A program made the translations under genes and the position numbers. The notes beneath the pieces were generated by a model, which did not search any database, was not told the origin of the DNA, and saw only the letters and a program-made list of their open reading frames with translations. From assembly GCA_976551045.1 (NCBI GenBank), contig CDPCPM010000023.1, forward strand, positions 4,216,001 to 4,280,000: a DNA stretch of 64,000 nt. The letters run 5' to 3'. Positions 1 through 41,010 of the stretch are shown here, piece after piece (the first letter of the stretch is position 1; each line of letters starts with the position of its first letter). Origin of the DNA: Glaucostegus cemiculus. Its lineage: Eukaryota.

Positions 1-19
1 GCACGGTATCCAAGACATG

Positions 20-70
20 TTTTTTTACTGTATCTTGGTACATGTGACAATAATGAACCAATACCAGTTC
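20..70 (+). mobile_element. 3' tail of a Rex1/Babar-type LINE
   Basis: actgtatcttggtacatgtgacaataatgaacc is the reverse complement of the tails at about 5600 and 43600. Confidence 0.6.
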
Positions 71-439
71 CAAGGAGAGAGGATTGAATAAGTGGTTTTT
101 GATTGAGAGATGTCTTTTTTTTATCTTTTCACAATAGTGTGCAGAATAACAATAAAAGGATAACAGCAGAAAATGCTGGAACTAACCATTTAGTCAGATA
201 TTATCTGTGGAGGGAGAAATAGTTAGGTTTCAGGTTTTAGATCTTTCTGCAGAACTAGCAACATTAAGAAGTTGAAATAAGTACAAGCACCATTAACTCT
301 CTGCAGCATTTGAGCACTTCCTGTTTTTACTTCCATTTTCTCATTTATCCTCTGTATTATGCTATCATAAAGAACATGCAGAGGAAAATGAAGAGCAAAT
401 AAGCAGTAAGATTATCAAATTAGTAGCACTAGACAAGCA

Positions 440-1030
440 TGAGATATATGCACATGTGCATGTTGGTGGGTGTGAGCTAAAGAAGATATCTGAGGCAGAT
501 AGTGTGAGTATATGTGCTCAAAGATTGAGTATGGGATTGGGATGGGGCTAATGTGCATAATTGAGAAGAGTATGACTGAGGTGTGCTTGACTGGGAGAAT
601 ATGAAACCTTTGAGGAAGAATGTACAATTAGGATAGCAAGCAACAAAATTATATTGGGAAGTGTGATTGGGTAAGTAATAATTAGTACAATTAAAATGGA
701 CTAAGAGAATACAATAGTGAATTGTGTAGGCCAATGTGTGTAATTGTAAAGTTATGAAAGAATGCTTAGCAGGCTGCATGTGGTATTAAAAGGAATTAAT
801 GCTGTACGATAAGAAGGTTTAGTGAGTATGTGATTGGGAGAATATGGTTTGTATGATTGGGAGGAGGTGAGTAAGTGAAACCTGGATTATGTGAGAGTGC
901 ATAATCAGGAAGTTTCTGTGATTAAGACTATATGGAAGTATATTCATGGGATTAAAAATACATGATTTTGAAAGAATTTGTAACTTTATTTGGGCATGAG
1001 AGTATGTGAGTGGGATGGTATGTGATCAGA
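440..1030. repeat. Degenerate G/T-rich tandem repeat (gagtatgtgattggga-like units)
   Basis: Recurrent tgattggg, tgactggg and gagtatg motifs with strong C depletion on the + strand. Confidence 0.6.
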
Positions 1031-1076
1031 TGCATCACATCAAATGTTTTTAAGGGTCATTAAAGGTACTGTTTAA

Positions 1077-28063
<26,987 letters not shown>

Positions 28064-28167
28064 ATTCAGACTGGACCTCAGTGAAGACCGGCATAGATCA
28101 AGACTTGTCATGTGCTGCCATTATGAAGATCAAACTTACTAACAAAGAACCAATTTTTGTTAAGCAT

Positions 28168-28173
28168 AATAAA
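28168..28173 (+). terminator. Candidate proximal polyadenylation signal AATAAA
   Basis: First AATAAA about 105 nt after the IGSF22 stop; weak downstream GU element. Confidence 0.35.
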
Positions 28174-30211
28174 TGGGGTAAACTTATAGAATTTCCAAAG
28201 CATTTTAATATCTTTGAATCACTTTCAGATACAGGGGTAAAATTGGAGTCATCATTTGAGTTAAACAACAAAGTCAAAAATTAATACTTGGTTCATTTTC
28301 TCTTTCACCTCTCATTGAATGACCTAAGGAAAGCATTAATTCCCAAAACAGTTATGATAGGAAGATGCACATTACTTTTGATCATCTCGTTGTGAAATTT
28401 AAATGAAATACACTAATTAGTGGTTAGCTGGAAGTCCTCAACTGTAAAATACATATGACTGCATGAACATAGTTTAATTCCAACAAACTTTTCAATGTCT
28501 ATTTCCATCCTGCAGATAAATCCTCCTGGAATATAACATCTCCTCACTACTGTTGTTGGATGCTATCTTTATCTATTATGTTTTCTCTTTCTTGGTGTAT
28601 TCTGGGAAAGATGGCATTATTTATGCCAGTGCACTGTAAAATAATGAATTAAGTTAATACTAAATGTTTTCTCTTTAGTTTTTGCTGCAATGCAGGAAGG
28701 CACAACTGGCAACAAAATTTCTATTTAGTCTGGTATTATTTGCTTGACAAGAAATTAGGAAATCATTATCTTGACCATTGGTGTGGGAAGGTTCCATTGC
28801 AGAATTTTTTCAAAGAATCAGAATTGTTATGGCACAGCAGAAACTATTGGGCCCATTGAGTCTGTTCAGCTCTTTCCAAAACAACCCATACGTACCTTCC
28901 CAATTTCATTCCTCTGCTCTTCTCCCATGGAGCTGCAACTTGTTTTCCCTTGAGTACTAATCCAATTCCCTTTAGAAAACCCTGATTTATTCCATTTTCC
29001 TCATCTCATGGGCAGTGACTTCCAGGTCATAACCGCTTTTTAGTAATTTGATATATAAAATTAAAAGACGATATTAAAATTTCACCAAAAGAACTCCACC
29101 AGGATATGAGATTTAAGTCCTAAAATTGATAATTAATTGAAATATGGCAGACAATTGCTGACTTGAAATGGTGGTCATCCTTTAACCAATCAGAATATCT
29201 CTGTGAAAGTTAACTGTTATATTTCTAACAACTGTTTGTTTCCTTTAGCTTTCAAGATACTTGGCATCAAATGGGGCAGTCTTGTACTATAGAACTCAGT
29301 TGTAGGCTCTTATGTTGTTTTTGTGATAGTCCTTTGCAGACCAATGTGAGGGAACTGTGTAGTATGCTTCTCTTAGGACTACTTTACGGGGAATCTAAAG
29401 GACAATGCTAATGGGAATTATTTAAATTTCCTCAAACTAAAGGTTGGGGTATATGATTTCTGTTGCTTTCCCCATTCAACTGCTTCTTCTTGAATTAGAT
29501 GGTAAATGAAATGAAAAAGATAGGCTTGCCTGCTAGCATTGCCCATTCACTCAACAAATCAGTCTCTTTATCCTCTTCCCTGCAAGCTTAGGAAACCTTT
29601 ACTCTCTTAAAATTAAGACAATTGTTGAAAGCTACGGAATCTGACCTTGAAATTGTGTGGTGTTATGTTGGAAGTTTTCCAAAGTGAAGGAGTGAGTAAT
29701 AAAAAACTTTGCTAGTGTATTAGCTGGATAGATAACAGGCAGCTGATCTGCTACTGCGTTTTACAGCACTGGGCAGAAATGTTGACGTTGACACTCAGTT
29801 TTATTTTTGGAAGCTACAATTTGTCTGGCTATACAGAAACTACTAAATTATAACACCACCTGTTTCTGTGAGTGAGCTAGTGTGCAAGTGGGGAACCACA
29901 GTACATCTTGTAGTCAAATGGCATTGGAAGCCCATATCATTCTTCACAATGTCCCTTCTGAGCTTTCACACAAATTAAATTTACTGTGAGGTCTGCAATT
30001 GTAGACATCCTAACTTACATGCAAAATTCTCGAATTTCTGGAATTATGATAGAATATCTAGGGACATCAATGCAATGTGGCAGTGATCTGATTCAAAGTT
30101 GCTATCCATTTTCTCTTATTTTAAGTCAAGCTTTTCCCCACGGATTTGCCATCTTTAGACAACAGCGTTAGATAGTTGCTGGTTACCTAAGCTGAAAGAC
30201 AGATCTGATGT

Positions 30212-30270
30212 AATAAACTGAAAATAAATATTTTTTCCTTTTCTTTGTGAGTGTTTATTTGTGTTTGTCT
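30212..30270 (+). terminator. Candidate distal polyadenylation site (two AATAAA followed by a U/GU-rich tract)
   Basis: AATAAA at 30212 and 30223, then ttttttccttttctttgtgagtgtttatttgtgtttgt. Confidence 0.5.
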
Positions 30271-33200
30271 TCATTATGTCTGAACTATCTTATAACATTG
30301 TACATAAAATCTCTCTCAGTCAGACTTCAAACTGCAGTTGAGCCTTGTAACCTTCATTCTCAGTTAAGCAACTGGCTTAATTACTTATTGTTCCTAATTT
30401 GATTGAAGAAAACTGAACTGAGTAAGGAGTGGCCTACATTTGTACTTATTTGGATACACAAGTGATCCAAAGGATAGAAACGTGAAACACCAAACTACTT
30501 CACTTAACAAAATATTTTTAATATAATGAACCAAGGGTAAGATCTACTGGATATAACAAGGGTGAAAGAAAAAATGAAAGTGTAGCAAATAAGAGAACAT
30601 AAAGAATGATTTTAATACCTTATATAGATTGTAGGTGTGGACTAATGATTCCTATTATTTTGGTCCTAGGTGAGTTGGAGTAGAAAATTGATGAATTAAT
30701 TTCAACACTGATGTAGGGAGGAGAAGAATGTGTTGGGCAACATTGGATGAATAAGAGGAATAAAAAATCTCTTGAGGTTCATTAATATTGATAAAATAGA
30801 GAGGAAGACTATGATGGAGACAGAGGATGAAAGCTTAAGGAATAAGCCTTTCAAGCTACAAAGCACTTCTAAATTCCTATCCAGGTACGACAAAGTTTTG
30901 GGATATAATTGTCATCTTTCACATCAATCCCAAAGCCATAGGCACTTAGAGATAACAATTATGCTGATGCAAATGCTATATAGTAATATAGTTTAATATT
31001 TGAATCCTTAGATATTTGACTATTGGCTAAAAGTTAGTTGACATATTGGTGGGATTATCTAGCAACTTACTTTTGAGCCATTTGAACTGTACCAGCACCC
31101 ACTTCAAATTGGAAAAATAAGGAAATGGACCATTTTTTACTCAAAGTAACTGAGGCTGCACTGAAAACAAAATGCCTAAAAATTGCAGATGCTGGAAATC
31201 TGAAATAAAAACTAAGAATCAGCAGGTCAGGGAAATGGAGAAAAATAGAGTTAATGTTTCTGTTTGATAAACTTTTATCAGACCAGACAGGTACTGCACT
31301 GTCTCTGGCAGGCAAAACATGTCCTTCAAGTCAAAGCAGTGTCTGTCTGTAGAGCAGAAACTGGATGTTTTTCATGAAGACAATTTTTAAAGTCCTATCA
31401 AGGAAAATATTTTGTGTTCATTTGAGAGAATTTGTGACATCCTAAACCTGTCTCCAGAGGAACTCAATAATATATGGGCTTATGAACTATCTGCACAATC
31501 TTTTACGTACTACTTCTCTAATCAGTTGTCTCCTTTCTCTCTGAGTCAAAAATTAACATGAAAGTCGAAAATGCTTAAGATGCACTGCTGGACAAGCATG
31601 TTCAGGAAGTGGAGAACAATGCATAAAGGCAGTAAACACAAATGTGAAAAATACCAGTACTGAGACAGCTAAAATGTTTAATAATTTGAAAACAGATTAA
31701 ACGTTATTAACATGCCTCTCTATTGTAACTGGAGATAGAGTCTTCATTAGCTTACAGCATTTCTGTTCTTTTGATTCTTTTTCAAGCCAACTTTCTTATT
31801 ACCCAGCCACTCCATTAGTGAAAACCTGCAGAATAAACAACTGACATGCTCTTTGTCATTGACCAAGGCTCTTCGACTCAATCATTAGATTGGAAGTAAA
31901 ATAGAACTGTTAACCAGGGCCTGCTGCCCATAATTGTCATCTGTGATCCATGCACACCCACAATTACCTAGGTGAGTAGTACCAGTCTCATTAGTCCCAC
32001 TCAAGCTGATGTCTACTGACAGTCACATCCCCAACCAGCCCTAACAGTCTCTGGCAGGTAAAGCTGGGGCTTTGCATTTGTCAAAACTGTCCTTGATATT
32101 TACAAACATTTACTAACTTTTAATATGGAATTAAACATAATTTATAAAATAAAATGTATTATAAATCTTTGAAAAAGTGAAAAAGTTAAGTAAATCACAT
32201 AAGAACAAAAATAATTAAAATATCAACATTGAGCAAAATAATTTTTTAATGATTTACCTTCCCCAGTTGTCTACTAAGTGTGTGGCCCCGTAATACTATG
32301 GAGTCATAACAACACTGTGCTCCACTGCAGGGTTCCATGTGCAGTTCAGTAGCAGAGTGAAATGACAGATTTGGTGCTCCAAATCTCTCAGTAAGTCCTG
32401 GACCCCTGCATCTCGTGGCACATGCACTGAAGTCTTAGACTTATTCTTTGAATGAACACGTTCAAACTATTCTCCAGCCCCTACCATGACCATGCTGAAA
32501 ATGGACACTTACAATGTGTGATTGGGGCCCTGCCCCATCAGATTAATTGACTGAAGCATGATTATTAGAGTTTAGCTGTAGTGTTCTAACTTCCACTGCA
32601 GAAAATCTGATGTACTCCAGTTTACCATTAGATGGCAATCCGCAACATTCAATGAAGAAGTACAGATTCCTTACTTGAGTGATGAAGATTTTCCTTCCTG
32701 GGGTTGCAGTTTCAGTGAATTGTGAAAGCAGAGCAGGAATGAAAGCTGTTTTCTAATTTGTGCTGGGGACAAATAGGTATGTTTTAAATATGAACACTTA
32801 ATAGCTAATATTACAAATTAGAGTTAGTAAACTGGTAAGAAGCAGACCTCTGAACCTTTTGATCTCATGCCTTGCTTGCAAAGTACAAGAGGGGGGAGTA
32901 CAACTGACCTATTTAGGGTTAAGATTAGGGAATTTGGGAAAACTAGAGAGCAAAAGCACAATTTTTGCATTTAAAGCGATCTCCATATTTAAAGAATTGA
33001 CTAGACTCGAGAAAGGACTTTAATACTGGAGTTGAAGAAGTGATACAGTAATGAAGCTGGAAAAACTTGTTTGGATACGTCCCAGACTCTGAAACATCAA
33101 CTGTTTCTCTTTCCACCGTTGCTGCCTGACTTCTGAGTTTTTCCCAGCATCTTCTAATTTTATTTCAAATTTCCAGCTTCTGCAGGTTTTTTTAACTTTT

Positions 33201-33599
33201 TGAGAAATACAGTAAACTAACTTTTCAGGATCACATGGAAGTACCCGAGAAGAGGGCATCACATGGAACAGCTCAACCTCGTCAAAGGAGATGGGTGAGA
33301 TAGTGAGTGAGGTTTCCATAATCCCAAGGATCCCTTTAGTGAGCTGGTGAAAGTTTAACACCTCATCAGATCAGCAAAGTTTGGAATTTTTTCAAATAGA
33401 TAGCAACACAGAAACATATTCCCCACAATAATCAAGCAATTCTCTTTAATACATTCTATAGCATTTTATCATTTGTTTCCAAGGTAAAGTCACTCGATAG
33501 TAGTTGCATTGTCTGTCACATTTTGTAATACATGACAGCACACTAAAATATTACAAGCTGGCTCTCTTAGATCTCCTGATATCCTTTTTAAATTCATTT

Positions 33600-36000
33600 T
33601 TAAAATGTGAATGCCATTGGCAATGCCGGCATTTATTATTCACCCCAAATTACCCTTGAGATGATAGTGGTGAGTTGCTGCAGTCCTTCTGTTAAAGATA
33701 CTCTCACACTGCTGATGGGGAGGGAATTCCAAGCTTCAGACTCAGACAATAATGAGATAGCAATATATATTACCAATAGTAACTTGGAGGGGGAACTGCA
33801 GATGGTGGTGTACCCATGTGCTCGCAGGTCTCTTTCTTTGAGGTATTAGAGTTTGAGAGGCACTGTCAGAGGTGAGTAATTTGAAGAAACTGCAGCCACT
33901 GTGTGCTAATGGTGGAGAGAATGAATGCCTGGGGCGGTGAAAGGGTGGCAATCAGCTGTTCTGAATGACTTCTTGAGTTATTGCAGTGTATTCCATCATG
34001 CTACAGATTTGTGCCTGGGCTGTAAGGAGGTGAGTTATTTATCACTGTATACCCAGCATGGGTATACAGTCAGCCTGACATCAGTAGTGGGGAAGTTCCA
34101 GGAGGGAACTCTAAGGGACAGGCTCTACCTGCATTTGGATAGACATGAGTCTGATTCGGAGGAGTCAGCATGGCTTTATGTGTGGAAAGTCATGCTTGAC
34201 AAACCTTTTAGAGTTTTTTGAAGAGTTAACCAAAAAGGTAGATGAGGGTAGGGCAGTGGATGTCTGTTTGAACTTTAACAAGGCCTTTGACAAGGTCCCA
34301 CATGATAGATTGGTCTGGAAGGTTAGGTCCCATGGAATCCAGGGGTGGATTCAAAATTGGCTCGGAGGTAGGAAGCAGAAGGTAGTGGTTGAAGGTTGTT
34401 TCTCAGAATGGAGGCCAGTGACTAGTGGTGTGCCTCAGGAATTGGTGTTGGGACCCTTGTTATTCATTATTTATATAAATGATTTGGATGCAAATGCTGA
34501 AGGCTTGATCAGAAAGTTTGCAGGTGACAGGAAATTAGGAGGTGTTGTTGATAGTGGTTATCGTAGATTACAGGGGGATCTTGATCAGTAAGAGAAATGG
34601 ACCGAGGAGTGGCAGGTGGATTTCAATACAGATAAGTGTGAGGTGATGCATTTTGGAAAGTCAAACCAGCGTAGGGCTTATACTATGAATGGTAGGGCAC
34701 TAGGAAGGGTAATGGAACAGAGGGACCTAGGAGTGCAAAGTGCATAGTTCATTGAAAGTGGCATCATAGGTAGACGAGTTGGTGAAAAAGACGTTTAGCA
34801 CATTGCACTTCATCAGTCAGGGCACTGAGCAAAGGAGCTGGGACATTATATTGCAATTGTATAAGTTGTTGGTGAGGCTGCACTTGGATTACTGTATACA
34901 GTTTTGATTAGCCTGTTGGAGGAAAGACGTGGTTAAACTGGAAAGAGTGAAGAAAAAATTTACAAGAATGTTGCCAAGACTAGAGGGCCTGAGTTATAGG
35001 GAGAGGTTGGCCAGGCTGGGTTTTTATTCCTTGAAACGTAGGAGAATGAGGGACCACCTTACAGAAATGTTTAAAATTATGACAGGCATAGATAAGGTGG
35101 ATGGTAACAGTCTTTTCCCCAGGGTAGGGGAGTCCAAAACTAGGGGGCATAGGTTTAGGGTGAGAGGTTAAAGATTTTGAAGGGACCTGAGGGGCAACTT
35201 TTTCATGCAGGTGCTGGTGAGTATATGGCATGAGCTTTTAAGAAGCACCTCATTTAAGAAGCACCTGGCCAGGTACATGCAGGGGTGGGGCTTACAGGGA
35301 TATGGGCCAAACATAAGAAATTAGGATTGGCTGGGTGAGCACTGTGGTTGACATGGACTGGTTGGGCCGAAGGGCCTGTATCCATGCTATATTGCTTTAT
35401 GACTCTATTTGATCTACTCTTGTAGCCACAGCATTTATGTGCTGATACGTTTGAGTTTCTGGACAATGGTAATCCCCAGGATGCTGATTCTGGGGGACTT
35501 GGCAACGGTAATGCCATTGAATATGAAGTATAGGTTCAGTTCTCTTCTGTTGAAGATGTTTATTGCCTGAACTTTTGTGACATGACCATCAATTACCACA
35601 TATCAGCCCGTCCCTAATATTGTCTAATTTGTGAATAGAATTGTACCTTGTGCAATCATCAGCAAGTACCCACTCTTCTCATCTTATGATGGAAGATGGC
35701 TGGGGCTAGGATTATGTCCTGAGGAATGCTTGAAGCACTGTTCTGGACCAGGGATCATTGACCTCTGACAACCACAATCATCTTCCATTGTACAAGATAT
35801 GACTCTAAACATATAATATTTTATCTCTGGTGCCGCTTGACTTCACTTTTTCTGTGGCTCCATGATTGTCACACCTTTCAAATGCTGCCTTGATATCAAT
35901 GGCTGTCACTGTCAGGTCACCTCTGGAATTCAGTTCCTTGGTTCACATGTAATAAAGTCAAGCTGAATTATCCCAATGAAAACCAAACTTCCAGATGCTG
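33600..36000 (-). mobile_element. Old CR1/L2-group LINE remnant split by the CR1 insertion at 34067-35408
   Basis: Tail similar to the reverse complement of 4225-4372; reverse ADD-like motif (tcatcagcaa) near 35660. Confidence 0.45.
34067..35408 (+). mobile_element. CR1 LINE, 5'-truncated
   Basis: [37 protein letters not shown] and SGVPQ motifs; 3'UTR ending tgactctat. Confidence 0.93.
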
Positions 36001-36524
36001 GTAATCTAAAACTGTGGTAGAAGTAGAACCCCTCACCACATTTACAATGTGTCTAAAAAAAAAGTGAATGCCGGAAATTTGAAATAAATAAAGAAAACAT
36101 GGAAACATGTGGACTTTTTTAAAGGGGAGGGTGGGATTCGTTTTAGTGCTGATATTATCATCAGGGCCATTCATATCGACTTCCCAGAAGTGTTGGTGCA
36201 GCCATTTCAGCACAGGGTTTGACTGTGGCAGGGACTCTGAACTCCATTGGCAGTTTAGCAAGGTTGTTGAGGGATTACCAAGCAGCATGCATTGTGACCA
36301 TAATTGAAAGATAAGTGATGCATGGGCAATGGGTCAGATGATCTGGCTCTTTGTCTCTAACAGGCCCTATTATCATGTTTTTCTGTTTACTTCCTATATA
36401 TGTGCTCGTAAAAGATTTTTTGCACCTTTTCAGTGTTACCTGCCATTCTATTTCTATATTTTCTATTTGTCAGTCTTACCTTCCTCTTCTCTTCATCTCT
36501 CAGCTTAATTCTATTCATGTAAAT

Positions 36525-37345
36525 CAAAAAAAACTGTTGCTGCTGGAAATCTGAAATGACAGACAAAAAATGCTGAAGACACTCAGCAGGTCAAACAGCA
36601 TCTGTTGAAAGAGAAACAATGAATGTTTCAGGTTGAAGCTGCTTTGTAAGACCTGGGAATAAGAGAAAACAAGTTAGTTTTAAGTTACAGAGAGGATGGG
36701 GGAGGGACAGATGTACAAAGGGAATTTCTCTATTAGGATAAGGCCAGACATGCCATGGGGATCAACTGAAGATAAAGTTGTCTGTTTGATAGATTAATGA
36801 GATAATTAGAGAGAGAGGAGGGGAGAGAGAAAACATGAATAAAACATTAAAGCTATAAAATGAATGAGGTTACAGAGGGAGAACACAATAAAAGAAACAT
36901 AAAAGACAGAAGATGGTGAGCTGCAGGACATGGCCAGCAGGTCAAGTTGTGGTAAAGGAGAGACATAAACTGAGCCAATATCACCAATGAATGTCCTACA
37001 GCAGAAGTTCTGATAAAAACAGAAAAAAGCAAGTTATCTGAAGTTGTAGAATTCAATACAGAGTCTGGAAGGTTGCAACGTGCCCAGGTGATGAGGAGGT
37101 GTTTCTTAAGTTTATGTTGGGCCTTGTTATAACAGTGCAGGAAGCTACGGAAAAGTCAAAGTGGGAGCTGGATGGAGAATTAAAGTGGCAGGCAACAGGA
37201 AGCTAAAGATCCCCTGAAGACTGGATGCAAGTGCTTGCAAAGCGATCACTCAATCTGCATTTGGTTTCTCCAATGTAGAGGAGACCACCTTGTGAGAAAT
37301 GAATGTGGTATACTAGTTGGAAGACGTATAAATGAATCACTGCTT
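36525..37345 (-). mobile_element. Penelope-like element 3' part (pLTR plus degraded GIY-YIG endonuclease)
   Basis: Reverse-complement similarity to 63130-63870. Confidence 0.65.
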
Positions 37346-37933
37346 CAGCTGCAAGGACCATTCCATAACGGTCTCATCAGTCACTTCAAAACCCATAATA
37401 CTGGAGAACAGCCCTTGATCTCAAGGGCTGCCTATGAAAAAGAAGAGTTTTAGTGAAGAGCTGAGAACAGGCAATAAGGAGGTACTATGCTGTTCACAAA
37501 GCTTGTTTTGGTGAGTGGTAATTGAAGAGCAGCATAATTTGTATTTGTCTGGAGACATTAAAGCAGGGTTAGTGCTTAACCACTGATTGGGCACAATTTG
37601 AATGGAAATTTATGTTTTGATTCCACTTACCCAGTTCTCCTAAATTCATGGCTGACTCAAAATTTTGGGATGGCTCATGATTCAAAGGAAATGTAGTACA
37701 TGACAACGGACGTCCTGATAGAGCAGGTCCAGAGAAGGATTTCCTATACCTGCAAGAAAGGAAGGAAACCACTTTGCAATCCCTTTCCTTTCTCTTTCAA
37801 TAGATTTTCTGGCTTCATGTCTGCTTCTTAGTCACTTCCCAGACTCCAAAAAAGAAGTCCATGATCAAGGGCCCTCTTTAAGCTGGTGACTCTAGTAAGG
37901 TGCCCAATAAAGTAGAGCAGCCCGGTGTCTTAG

Positions 37934-37989
37934 TGTTATGAACTGGGTTACTGGGTTACTATTGGTGAATGCCCCTTTAAGATAGAGCA

Positions 37990-38068
<79 letters not shown>

Positions 38069-38673
38069 GGTGTGTTGATGACAACAGCAGATAAAGGATG
38101 TAATGATGTCTTTGAAGCAGTCAGTTGGAGTCAGAGGAGAGAGAGACAGCAGCCTGCTAGTCTCTATCGATGGATGAAAAACAGTAACTGTGCCTGTCAC
38201 TACAATCTACGTATGGATTTTTGGACTAATCCGGTGGAGTCCACTTTGTTGTTAACCTGTAGATGGAAACAGATATTTGTGTGAATAGCCATGTCTCGGG
38301 TGCCTTTCGGGGTGGCAGATGCTTCGGAACAAAGCGGTGGAATTCACTTTGTTGTTGACCTGTAGAACGAAACAGGTATTTGTGTGGATGGTCACGATTT
38401 GAGTAGACACTGAGGCGTTGTTTGGGTTCCAGAGTGGAACATTCAAGAGCCTTTCAGGGTGAGGAAGACGCGGTGGAGTAGTCATGGCTGAGTAGACACT
38501 GAGGTGTCGTTTGGGTTCCGAAGTGGAACATTTGGATTTCGTAATTACTCTCTGTTCTCTCTACATCTATGTTTTGTCTTCAGTCAACGGAGGTTGTTGA
38601 AGAAGTCTTTGATTATGTTTCACCTTATGGTTTGCTGAACTGAACAAAAATTCTCTTCAAATCTGTTGCAACA
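37934..38673. mobile_element. Putative solo LTR with an internal (TG)n and two duplicated blocks
   Basis: Starts TGTTATG and may end ...CAACA; contains internal direct repeats and retained CpGs; no TSD found. Confidence 0.45.
37995..38066. repeat. (TG)36 microsatellite
   Basis: Read directly from the sequence. Confidence 0.98.
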
Positions 38674-38861
38674 AGGTGACAAAGAAAGCTGAGCATTGCT
38701 TAAAATTGCACTTGTTAAATTAGATCTTTAATGATCTCAAGGCAGATGTTCTGAGTATTCATTTCATCTCCTTTACCAAAAAGATGTCTTATTCTAAAGG
38801 AAGGCTGAACCAGTATTGAAACAAGAGTACGTTTGGACAGTTTTGCAATATCATTATCACA

Positions 38862-41010
38862 GTTAAGTAAAGGTAATGACAGAGGCATGAGAGAGGAGCC
38901 GGCCAAAGTTGACTGGAAGGGGACTCTAGCAGGGATGACAGTAGAGCAGCAATGGCAGGAGTCTCTGGAAGTAATTTGGAAGATGCAGAATCATTTCATC
39001 CCAAAGAAGGAGAAGCATTCTGAAGGGAAGATGAGGCAATCGTGGCTGACAAGGGAAGTCAAAGACAGCATAAAATCAAAAGAGAGGGCATACAATATTG
39101 CAATATCTAGTGAGAATCTAGAGGATTGGGAAGTTTTTAAAATCCAACAGAAGGCAACTAAAAAAGCAATGAAGGGAAAAAAGATGAAATATGAAGGTAA
39201 TCTAGCTAATAATATAAAAGAGGATACCATAAGTTTTTCAGACATATAAAAAGAGAGGCAAGCGTGGATATTGGAGCACTGGAAAATGACACTGGAGAAG
39301 TAGTAATGGGAAACAAAGTAATGGCAGATGAATAGAATAAATATTTTGCGTCAGTCTTCACTGTGGAAGACACCAGCAACATGCCAGAAATTCCAGAGAG
39401 TTGGAGGGCAGAAGTGAGTGTAGTCACTATAATAAGGGAGAAGCTGCTTGGGAAGCTGAAAGGTCTGAAGGTCAATAAGTCACCTGGACTGGATGGACTA
39501 CAGCTCAGGGTTCTGAAAGAGATAGCTGAAGAGATTGTGGAGGCATTAGCAGTCAAGAATCACTTGAGTCAGAAATGGTTCCACAGGACTTGAAAATCAC
39601 AAATGTCACCCCACTCTTTAAGAAGGGAGGAAGGCACAAGACAGGAAAGTGTAGGCCGGTTAACCTGACTTCAGTGGTTGTAAGATTTTAGAGTCCATTA
39701 TTAAGGATGAGGTTTTGGGGTACTTGGGAGCACTTGATAAAATAAGCTGAAGTCAGCATGGTTTCCTTAAGGGGAGATCTTGCCTGACAAATCCGTTGGG
39801 ATTCTTTGAGGAAGTTACAAGCCGGGTAGACAAAGGAGAGTCAGTGGATGTCATTTATTTAGATTTTCATTCCTATGACAAAGTGCTGCACATGAGGCTG
39901 CTGAACAAGATAGGAGCCCATAGTATTACAGGAAAAGTACTAACATGGATAGAAGATTGGCAGAAGGTAAAGGGTGGGAATAACGGGGGCCTTTTCTGAT
40001 TGGCTGCCAGTGACGAGTGGTGCTCCCCAGGGGTCAGTGTTGGGTCTGCTTCTTTTCACGTCATATGTTAATGATCTGGATGACGGAATTGATGGCTTTT
40101 TGGCCAAGTTTGCGGATGATACAAAGATATTTGAGGGGCAGGTTATGTTGAGGAAGCAGGGAGTCTGCAGAAGGACTTGGACAGGTTGGGAGAATGGGCA
40201 AAGAAGTGGCAGATGAAATACAGCATAGGGAAGTGTATGGTCATGCATTTTGGTAGAAGGAATAAAAGCATAGACTATTTTCTAAATGGGGAGAGAATTC
40301 AGAAATCGGAAGTGCAAAGGGACTTGGGAGTTCTCGTGCAGGATTCCCTGAAGGTTAACTTGCAGGTTGAGTTGGTAGTAAGGAAAGCAAATGAAATGCC
40401 AGCATTCATTACGAGAGGACTATAATGCTGAGGCTTTATAAGGCTTTGGTCAGACCACATTTGGAGTATTGTGAGCAGTTTTGGGCCCCATATCTAAGGA
40501 AGGATGTGCTGGCATTGGAGAGGGCCCAGAGGAGGTTTACAAGAATGATCCCAGGAATGAAAGGGTTAACGTGTGAGGGGTGTTTGATGGCCCTGGACCT
40601 GTACTTGCTGGAATTTAGAAGGATGAGGGGGATCTCACTGAAACCTGATGAATATTGAAAGGCCTGGATAGAGTGGACATGGAGAGTATGTTTCCAGTAG
40701 TGGGATAGCCTAGGGCCAGAGGGCATAGCCTCAGAATAAAAGGATGTCCCTTTACAACAGAGATAAGGAGGAATTTCTTTAGCCAGAGCATGGCGTATCT
40801 GTGGAATTCATTGCCACAATGAATGTGGAGGCCAAGTCATTGGCTGTATTTAAAACAGAGGTTGATAGGTTCATGATTAGTAAGGGTGTCAAAGGTTATG
40901 GGGAGAAGGCAGGAGAATGGGGTTGGGAGGGAATAATAAATCAGCCATGACTGAATGGCAAAGCAGATGCAATAGGCTGAATGGCCTCATTCTGCTCCTA
41001 TGTCTTATAG
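38862..41010 (+). mobile_element. CR1 LINE, about 2.1 kb of ORF2 with frameshifts
   Basis: KSPGLDGLQLRVLKE, SGAPQGSVLG, KFADDTK and LVRPHLEYC motifs; 3'UTR. Confidence 0.94.

Noticed and set aside
35237-35266. Tandem duplication tttaagaagcacct inside a CR1 (a similar 19-bp case lies at about 57138-57175)
   Set aside because: These are ordinary slippage or deletion-repair scars within dead repeats.
37892-38284. ORFs with HT or CV dipeptide runs
   Set aside because: They are translations of the (TG)n microsatellite.
38232-38535. Spaced direct repeats that look superficially like a CRISPR array
   Set aside because: There are only two copies each of two different units, in a vertebrate context with no cas genes.
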